Shown piece after piece: positions 11,553 through 19,662 of a stretch of DNA of 19,662 nt. The translations under genes were made by a program, and so were the position numbers. How positions within the stretch are numbered: position 1 is the first letter of the stretch; the number at the start of each line of letters is the position of its first letter. The notes under the pieces were generated by a model that had not been told where the DNA came from, did no database searches, and worked only from the letters and a program-made list of their open reading frames with translations. Source of the stretch: Ginkgo biloba (Eukaryota; Plantae; Ginkgophyta); assembly GCA_024626585.2 (NCBI GenBank), contig JANKJI020000004.1, positions 22,522,284 to 22,541,945 of the forward strand, read 5' to 3'.

Positions 11553-11767
11553 TTGTGTGTCTATACACACAGGCACGCACACACACATGTGTGTGTGTAT
11601 GTGTGTGTGTCAACACACAAAGACACACATGTATGTATATACTTGTCTATGTGTATGTGTATGTATGTGTGTGTGTGTACGTATACACACACACACATAC
11701 ACACATATATAATATATACATATACATATATATATTTATATAGAGACATACACATACATTTATATAG
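11505..11767. repeat. Compound microsatellite (AGAT)3-(TG)n-(CA)n-(TA)n
   Basis: Directly visible. About 260 bp, mostly alternating purine-pyrimidine, next to an assembly gap. Confidence 0.97.
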
Positions 11768-13443
11768 AAAATAAATCTTGTCGAATGACCTAAGACCATA
11801 GGAGTGAGTGGAATATATCCTTCCATGTTCTAATTATAAAAATCATCCTTGAAAATTTCCTATACTATACCCTTCACCCAAAAAAAAGTCATATTAAAGA
11901 CTATTATCAAATTTCTAAGGAATGTAGTAAACTCTCAACAATTTTATACTCAAGAATTCAATTCATATGCTTGAATATATCTTGGCAAAAAAAAAATTAC
12001 TATCTAGAAATAATGGTAATGCATTTTTTTATTTTTTTTCCTAAGTGAATTTCATGCTAGATATCTTTGGGGACATTATTCACAAGGATTTTTAAAATAT
12101 TTCACTCTAATATTACCTTAGTAATACTTCATGCTTTTTAATGCTTTTCATGATTAATAACCCATTTATGAAAAAGGTGCCAAACTTTTTAGCAATTTAC
12201 ATCTTTGCCATTATTAATGACTTATGAATCTCAACCTTACATATTCCTCCATGTATAGGTTGATCTTAATTTTTTTTAGAATAAGAGTCTTAGCCTTTGA
12301 GTTCTTATACATTATTGTTATAACATGATAGATTGTCCTCATTGATTACAACTTTGTTTTGCATAATATAATAATTTTAGCATGTGTATTTTAATAGTGT
12401 AACTCTCCAAGTGAAAACATGCATTATAATAATAACATAAAAAGGAGAATAAATGAGATAGCCTTGAATTTAAAGAGATTGATATATTAGTTGCTTCTTA
12501 GCCAAATTTCTAATAATTCACCCATAGGTAGTTTTTATGCTCCAATATCCTTCAGACCTTAATTTGTACCTAGTATCTTTATAAAATAAAGAATTGACTT
12601 TGTGAGTGATTTTAACCCTGTTTCTAGATCATAACATAAGCACATTATAGTATCCATTAAATATTTCATTAAGTGGACAAGGCTATGTTTATATTTAAGG
12701 TAGATAGTATAATTATCACATTATTTTTTTAACCTAAGTAATTTATAGAATCAATATATTGCTAGCCATTATATTAGATAGGGGAACACACTTCATAAAT
12801 AAGATAATACATGAGCTAACCCATAATATAGGAATAGATCATGATAAATCCTTTTCATACTACCCCTATGAAAATGAATAAATCAAATCATTCAATAAAA
12901 TTCTTAAAATGTTCTCCAANNNNNNNNNNNNNNNNNNNNNNNNNNNNNNNNNNNNNNNNNNNNNNNNNNNNNNNNNNNNNNNNNNNNNNNNNNNNNNNNN
13001 NNNNNNNNNNNNNNNNNNNCCATTCATGACCATGAGAGCTTAGGTAGATAGATCCCAGAAGTAGATGAAGAAGGGGTTAGTTGGTGGACATGTTGTTTGG
13101 TTGATTCTTTTGGCATAACAACTAGAGAGTAATACAGAGAGATAGGGGGAGAGATCATCAGTTGGAAAAGTTATAAAAGTGATTGTTATTGGAGCATATA
13201 TTATATTATTGTTGAAGATTGGCCAAAGTGTTGTGATGTGGGTTAGTTAATTGGTTGGTTAGTCGAGGGCGCAATGAAAAGGTTGGGCAATTTTGACTGG
13301 GCGACTCCATTAGTGAAGCATTCTAGCATAATAGCCAAGGTAGAGGCCCATTCTTATCATTTCCTTGTGAATTCTTTGTGCTTATTTTATACCAACCTCC
13401 AATAGAGAGGAAGGCACCAGGGAGACAAATGATAAAATAATGT

Positions 13444-13738
13444 GCTCGGAGGAAGTATTTGGCTTATGACATAGAGTTCTATGCCATGGTGCAGACCTTG
13501 AAGTATTGAAGCCACTACCTGCTAGCAAAATAATTTGTGTTATACACCAATCACCAAGCACTCAAGTTTATAAACTCTCAAGGTCAATTGAGCATTCGAC
13601 ATGCCAAGTGGGTTGAGTTTCTTCAGAGTTATTCTTTTGTACTAAAGATAAGTCAGAAAGAGCAAATCGAGTGGCAGATGCCTTGAGTCAAAGAACAACA
13701 TTATCAACCACAATGACAAGTGAGGTCATTAGTTTGAG
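13444..13738 (+). mobile_element. Ty3/gypsy chromovirus (CRM-like) RNase H fragment
   Basis: ARRKYLAYDIEFYAMVQTLKY*SHYLLAK*FVLYTNHQALKFINSQGQLSIRHAKWVEFLQSYSFVLK, a frameshift, then KSERANRVADALSQRTTLSTTMTSEV. This fits the CRM-clade pattern YDxEFYAxV...WRHYLLPKEFVLYTDHQAL...RHAKWVEFLQ...NxVADALSRR. Confidence 0.93.
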
Positions 13739-13909
13739 TCTGTAATGATGTACCCGCTTGGTAGGATTTTATGAGGATATGACCCTCATGTGCATTGCAA
13801 AAGTGATTTTTTGTATAACCAAGGGAGTAATCAAATCTTTATGTCAATCCTAGTCTCTTTGTCTCAAAAAATAGAGTCTATGGCCAGTTGGATCAACTTG
13901 TATGGCCCT

Positions 13910-14300
13910 CGGTCTTGTCAGAAAATGGGCGACGCGTAATCGCGTGTTGTTGCAAAGTCCGGCGTGTATTTGTGCGGTCTTGGAACGTGCAACAGTGCAC
14001 GTTTCAGAGGACAACGCATTCTGGACACTTCTGAGTCAGATGAATTTCTCCCATAACGAACTGTTTACCTACACGAAACTTGAGGATGCCTCCATACCAC
14101 TCAGTGAACAGTCAAATCAATCTGCAANNNNNNNNNNNNNNNNNNNNNNNNNNNNNNNNNNNNNNNNNNNNNNNNNNNNNNNNNNNNNNNNNNNNNNNNN
14201 NNNNNNNNNNNNNNNNNNNNNNNNNNNAATTCAACCTTGCTCAAGAAGAGAATGGAATTCAAAATCTCTTTGCGTGATCTTAGGATTGTTTCACGTGAAA
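13910..14300. promoter_or_regulatory. Putative upstream cis-regulatory region of the LTP gene (CpG-retaining; CGCG box, ABRE cores, G-box)
   Basis: ACGCGT at 13932-13937; inverted repeat AACGTGCA-acag-TGCACGTT at 13984-14003; TGAGTCA at 14032-14038; palindrome TTTCACGTGAAA at 14289-14300. About 14 CpG in 13910-14075. A 100-N gap (14128-14227) interrupts the region. Function is inferred. Confidence 0.4.
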
Positions 14301-15048
14301 TCAAGTGTTGTGCCCATCCACTTATAATTTGAAATTTGGGTCCACTTAACTCACAAGTTTTGAGATCTAGCCTTATAGAACAACAAAATATGGACCCATG
14401 CTATGCACAAAATAGCCTAGCACCAACGAAAGCTTGGAAACATGCTCCCAGGGACAATCCCAAGGTGCCTTTCACTTTCATGCCTCGTTGTTTTACACAT
14501 ATCACACAATGTTAGATAACAACCAAAAAAGTCCAAACGGATTCTAGATTGAAATTTACCCAAAACTATGGGCAAGCAAGTGGATGTATTTACATTGTGT
14601 TGGGGGGATCAACATTATCATACTACACAAGAATTATTAAATACATAATTTATTGGGACATGGGAATAAAAATCATTAGACAATGGGGATAATGGGTACA
14701 AATTTCCCTTTGAGTGCTTCCACTATTTTATGGTATAGACATGATTGATACATTAGTTCTTCAAACTCTGGCGAATTATTTGGCAGGGGGAGAGTCTTTT
14801 GCTCTTTTTCTTTTTGGATATGCATCTCTGTCTTCTATTTTCTCCACCCATCGAATTTTGTACAGTAGTCTCGTGACTTGGAATCATTTGAGTGTGACCA
14901 GTGGACAGCTTTTCTATTCATTTGTGACAAAATCCAGTTTGTCCTCCTTACCCAAAAACATAGAATTTTTGTACAATCAAAAACTGTGAATAGTCACGAG
15001 CCTAACAAGCCAGTAAGGTTCATGCATCTTATGGGCCTCCAAACCGGT

Positions 15049-15055
15049 TATTTAA
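15049..15055 (+). promoter_or_regulatory. TATA-like box of the LTP gene
   Basis: TATTTAA ends about 30 bp before the first in-frame ATG and about 55 bp before the third. CATGCA (RY-like, 15021) and TGGGCC (15032) lie just upstream. Confidence 0.55.
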
Positions 15056-15084
15056 GCACACATTGCACATTAAGATGAGATAAG

Positions 15085-15420
15085 ATGAAGATGTCAGGCA
15101 ATACAAAGATGAAGGGTCTGCAGGCTGTGTTGGTGATTGTTGGGCTGTTGGGTCTAAGCATCTCAGTGGCATTGGGTATTGAAATATGCAACATTAGCAG
15201 TGACCAGTTAAAGATCTGCAAGCCTGCAGTAACCAAACCTAATCCTGAAAAACCCACAACAGCATGCTGCAAATTGTTGGGTGCTGCAAACATTACATGC
15301 TTCTGTGAGTATGGGAAGGATTATCCGTACGTTTTAACATTAGCCGGCATCGATCCAGACCTGGCCAAGGCTTTGCCTCAGAAATGTGATCTATCTCTTC
15401 CTGCTGCTTGTAAAAGCTGA
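15085..15420 (+). CDS. DIR1-like: Non-specific lipid transfer protein, DIR1-like (type IV / type D), secreted, intronless
   Basis: Hydrophobic signal peptide (MKGLQAVLVIVGLLGLSISVALG/IE). Complete 8-Cys motif C-X9-C-X15-CC-X9-CFC-X26-C-X7-C. DIR1-type segments CKPAV-x-K-x-NP, GIDPDLAxALPxKC. The start codon could be 15085, 15091 or 15109. Orthology to DIR1 is not established. Confidence 0.95.
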   Translation: MKMSGNTKMKGLQAVLVIVGLLGLSISVALGIEICNISSDQLKICKPAVTKPNPEKPTTACCKLLGAANITCFCEYGKDYPYVLTLAGIDPDLAKALPQKCDLSLPAACKS

Positions 15421-15464
15421 TCTTATGCTCTTAATCCTCCTTCATTGTAGCTTCTGTGGCTGCT

Positions 15465-15488
15465 TGTGTGTGTGTGTGTGTGTGTGTG
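15465..15488 (+). repeat. (TG)12 microsatellite in the probable 3' UTR
   Basis: Perfect (TG)12 starting 45 bp after the stop codon. Confidence 0.95.
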
Positions 15489-17017
15489 GAAGTTAGCCTC
15501 ATACTAAGCATGGTGTTGTTTCTCTTCCTTGCCCGTCATATAGATTATTCCAACAATGTGGTTTGATAGCAATGTCATAGTTTTTGTTTTCTGTAATAGG
15601 AGATTGGGTTTTGGTTTGTATATGATTACTTCATATCAAATAATATATGTGGGTTTGCTTTGCTTCTAAAATCTGTATGCAATCTATTCTCTGTTCTCTG
15701 GTTGATTTGTTCTTCGTTTTGCTTCATTGCTGACAAAGGCATTATGACATTATAACTGCATGAGGAATACATTAACTAGGTCTGACAGAACATGTTGTAA
15801 GCTATCAATGAAATCCAAGAAAGTTTCTTAAGAGATTAAAAATAATAATAATAATAAGCAATTGGCAATTACATATTCCAGCCTTTTGAGCTTGTTTTTG
15901 TTCAATAATTTTGAATGATTGAATTGCATATCTGCACAACTTTTAATTTTTTCAGTAAAATTTCAACCAAAAATAAATTATATGGTGATACTACAAGCTC
16001 CATTACCTTGAAAAAGTTACGGGACTTCATTCATCTTTTAGAAGACCTCAAGGCTCCAAGTGCTTTGGGTTCAAATGAAAATCACTACTCACATTTAATG
16101 CATTAGATTTAAGGANNNNNNNNNNNNNNNNNNNNNNNNNNNNNNNNNNNNNNNNNNNNNNNNNNNNNNNNNNNNNNNNNNNNNNNNNNNNNNNNNNNNN
16201 NNNNNNNNNNNNNNNNNNNNNNNNNNNNNNNNNNNNNNNNNNNNNNNNNNNNNNNNNNNNNNNNNNNNNNNNNNNNNNNNNNNNNNNNNNNNNNNNNNNN
16301 NNNNNNNNNNNNNNNNNNNNNNNNNNNNNNNNNNNNNNNNNNNNNNNNNNNNNNNNNNNNNNNNNNNNNNNNNNNNNNNNNNNNNNNNNNNNNNNNNNNN
16401 NNNNNNNNNNNNNNNNNNNNNNNNNNNNNNNNNNNNNNNNNNNNNNNNNNNNNNNNNNNNNNNNNNNNNNNNNNNNNNNNNNNNNNNNNNNNNNNNNNNN
16501 NNNNNNNNNNNNNNNNNNNNNNNNNNNNNNNNNNNNNNNNNNNNNNNNNNNNNNNNNNNNNNNNNNNNNNNNNNNNNNNNNNNNNNNNNNNNNNNNNNNN
16601 NNNNNNNNNNNNNNNNNNNNNNNNNNNNNNNNNNNNNNNNNNNNNNNNNNNNNNNNNNNNNNNNNNNNNNNNNNNNNNNNNNNNNNNNNNNNNNNNNNNN
16701 NNNNNNNNNNNNNNNNNNNNNNNNNNNNNNNNNNNNNNNNNNNNNNNNNNNNNNNNNNNNNNNNNNNNNNNNNNNNNNNNNNNNNNNNNNNNNNNNNNNN
16801 NNNNNNNNNNNNNNNNNNNNNNNNNNNNNNNNNNNNNNNNNNNNNNNNNNNNNNNNNNNNNNNNNNNNNNNNNNNNNNNNNNNNNNNNNNNNNNNNNNNN
16901 NNNNNNNNNNNNNNNNNNNNNNNNNNNNNNNNNNNNNNNNNNNNNNNNNNNNNNNNNNNNNNNNNNNNNNNNNNNNNNNNNNNNNNNNNNNNNNNNNNNN
17001 NNNNNNNNNNNNNNNNN

Positions 17018-18193
17018 TGATATTAGACTAAGACGACCTGATAAATGATAATGTATCATAAATATTTACCTCTTCCTCTTAATGTGATCAATCAACCCTT
17101 TATTTATGGATACCACTTTACCTTGAAACCAAAAGTAACCATTCTCAAAATGGTGAAGCATTTCAACCACGATGGTATATGGAAAGTACAAGATGGGAGA
17201 ACTAGCATAATCTACTATCCCTGGTTACATTAGGCATATATATTTTGGATAGATATTCCCCTTTGAATTTTCTATAGTGAATTTCTCCCATACTTGGGTG
17301 TAGTGATCTAGATGATCCTCAACTCCATCGATCACCTAAAATGACTAGGTTTCCATAACTGGAAGTGAAAAAGTAATTTGTGAGAGGCAAGAATTATAAA
17401 GAAGGGATTCTTTATAGTGAATATGGAATCTTAATGCTTTCATAAGAAGATTTCTTATAGGTAGTGAATTCTCATTTTAGAGAAAATGTTAAGAAGGGAT
17501 TACATATATTAAATCCACTAAAAAAGAGTAATTAGAATTGAAAATTTATGAGTAATATGTATTTAGCCCAAGTTATCCACATCCCTACCTCATAATCCCA
17601 TAGGTGTTCAACATACATGATTTCCTTTTTAAATCGGCTCGAGCAACTTCTAAGGTTTCCCCAACAAAGCATTAATTCTTCTATTTTAGCAAAGGAGACC
17701 ACCAAAGAGTAATTTAAAGGGAAGAAAGGCCTTTATTAAAATCATCATCATTCTAACATAATATTTTTTTTTAAATGAGAGAGGGATTTTCATATTGAAT
17801 GTAAAAGAATAGTCTCTAAGATGACGAAAATGATCTGATGAAGAGGTAAACATTTTTACAAATTGATCCTAAAAGGATTTTCGTAAAGGACTTCCTTACA
17901 ATATCCTAATTTTAATCAACTCCTATCGAGGAAAGTCACCTTCAAAAGCTCTAAATATTCATTTGGAAGCCAAAGTAAGACCTTGAATTACGATATCACT
18001 TAGAGCAATTCCCCCTTCTATGGGAGGTAAATAGTAATGCAACCATTTCATCTTAGATAAAGATTAACATTCAGAGGAACCTAACCAAAGTAAATTGCTA
18101 AGAAATGTAATAAAACTTTTGTAAGTTGTAATGGAGAGTAACCAAAAGAAAGAGTAATAGAAACCTGCTTGGCTAATTTATTATTTGTTAAAC
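17018..18193 (-). mobile_element. Degenerate LINE (L1-clade) ORF2, region C-terminal to the RT domain
   Basis: Minus strand: GFYYSFFWLLS...FLSNLLWLGSSEC*SLSKMKWLHYYLPPIEGGIALSDIVIQGLTLASK*IFRAFEGDFPR*ELIK (pattern FLWxG...KVxW..CxPxxxGGLGLxD...LxxKW), later LWWSP and IMYVEHLWDYEVGMWITW. Strongest at 17560-18180; the extension to 17018 is assumed. Confidence 0.85.
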
Positions 18194-18669
18194 NNNNNNN
18201 NNNNNNNNNNNNNNNNNNNNNNNNNNNNNNNNNNNNNNNNNNNNNNNNNNNNNNNNNNNNNNNNNNNNNNNNNNNNNNNNNNNNNNNNNNNNNNNNNNNN
18301 NNNNNNNNNNNNNNNNNNNNNNNNNNNNNNNNNNNNNNNNNNNNNNNNNNNNNNNNNNNNNNNNNNNNNNNNNNNNNNNNNNNNNNNNNNNNNNNTATAA
18401 TCGATCAATAAAGATACCATTGATGCATGCATAAATGTGATAAAAAGAATAAATAAAATCAAAGCCCTAAATGTCTTAATAGTAGGCTAGCGGTGATCAT
18501 CAATGTGTGGTCTTTGCCTAAAGGATAAACATGAGTGACTAGACCAATAAAAATGACCACAGGAATATCTCAGGCATCGACTCGATGTTTTGGAACTAGA
18601 GAAACTCTCACGAGAAATAAAACTCCAGGATGTTACTAACATCAACACAAGAGATTTCTCACTTAAAAA

Positions 18670-19197
18670 TTACATGTCATCCTCACTATCGAAGAGGATT
18701 ACAATTAGTTCTTTTGATCCTAGCCCTCAAAATTCTGTAAGTGCACTCTTTTTTTTATGCACCACATTTGCCACCACAAGTTGCCTCTTGTCGATGATCT
18801 GCCTAGATTGGTTGTTATCCCTATGACTGCCTTTCTTCCAACAATCTTCCTCTTAGGTTGCCTCACACTCGATATTCTGCTCAATCTTCTCCTACTCTCA
18901 CATAGAGTATCGATTCTTTAACTCTTGAACTATGGCCCTGCAAGCACTCTCCTAGAACCATAAGATTCTCAAACTACCACACACTCGTCAATCAATCTGG
19001 ATCTCTATGTTATAGAATTGTTTGCATGGCACTGCCTCATAATTGACATTCATTTCCTTTGCTGCTTCGATCACATTTCTCAACTCCTCAATCTCGCAAT
19101 TGATCCACTCAACCAACCCCTATTTTATCTCCTCTCTAAGCGTATATGATCCATTCAAGATATTTGGGCACTCCTCCCTCAATGAATCGATTGGTGA
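18670..19197 (-). pseudogene. Decayed Glu/Lys/Arg-rich ORF, probably an accessory ORF of a retroelement
   Basis: One frame kept over about 175 codons with about 24 Glu codons (e.g. LREEIK*GLVEWINCEIEELRNVIEAAKEM), 7 internal stops, ending ELIVILFDSEDDM*. Purine-rich sequence continues to the window end. No family recognised. Confidence 0.4.
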
Positions 19198-19662
19198 GAT
19201 TAACTATAATGACTTCTGGCCATTAATATGCCCTTAACGACTACTTCTAACTAAGGTGTAACCTCCTCTATTATTTATCACCTAGTGGTTGGAGTAGTGA
19301 ATGCTTCACTGTACATTCATACTAGTAACTACCATGTTTGACTCCTTCCTCCTTCGGCCTCTATGCTTGAGCTCCACCTAACTTTCTTGCTCAAACCTCT
19401 AGTTATTGCACATTAATGGTGGATTCATTAATCATTCATCTACAACCTCCTCTCTTTTCTCCTTTCAACGTGGGTATTTAGCTATTATTGATTTCCTTCC
19501 ATCATGTTGTCAGAATTTGTCTATCACCTTATCCTCCTTGTCATTTCTCCTTATCCTTCCTCGGATGTCGTTGGACATCCATTTTATGTCAGTGTCGATC
19601 ATTTACATACAACTACCACATTCCTTGTCGGTCACCTTTGTCAGTGTCAATCTTATAACCTT

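Noticed and set aside
11312-11774. CV/HT-repeat ORFs on both strands
   Set aside because: They are translations of the dinucleotide microsatellite.
11780-12919. Possible decayed minus-strand coding sequence (KSLIMAKM*...NGLLIM near 12150-12230)
   Set aside because: Only a faint resemblance to a retroelement accessory ORF, requiring frameshifts. Cannot be supported without a profile search.
13289-13306. PBS-like GGGCGACTCCATTAGTGA
   Set aside because: It lacks the TGG start in register and is not preceded by an LTR ...CA end.
15048-15293. 81-aa antisense ORF over the LTP; also 14714-14989 and 14878-15078
   Set aside because: A shadow of the real CDS or random promoter ORFs, with no recognisable motifs.
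1-19662. CRISPR array, operon or other prokaryotic system
   Set aside because: The content is plant retroelements and a plant LTP. The short repeats have only two or three copies and no repeat-spacer architecture.

Overview
AT-rich, CpG-depleted plant nuclear DNA from a gapped draft assembly (11 N-runs, eight of them exactly 100 N, so of unknown true size). The only intact gene is an intronless, secreted non-specific lipid transfer protein of DIR1-like type (type IV/D) at 15085-15420 (+). It has a TATA-like box, a CpG-retaining upstream patch with G-box/ABRE/CGCG motifs, and a (TG)12 in the likely 3' UTR. The rest is old, decayed retroelements: a Ty3/gypsy integrase end (6-695 +); a probable minus-strand 5' LTR with PBS, leader and gag start (about 1320-2885); a LINE ORF1 fragment (3647-3822 +); a Tat-type pol fragment with an extra RNase H upstream of RT (4810-6059 -); two inverted copies of one LTR family (7311-7637 - and 10385-10957 +, the latter followed by a tRNA-Arg-like PBS); a CRM-like RNase H (13444-13738 +); a LINE ORF2 C-terminal region (17018-18193 -); and a decayed Glu-rich ORF (18670-19197 -). 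The domain order of the Tat element suggests a gymnosperm host (inference). I found no evidence of a complete novel biological system. The best leads are the DIR1-like gene with its putative unmethylated regulatory island, the aRH-before-RT Tat element, and the uncharacterised Glu-rich ORF. All translations and alignments were done by eye.
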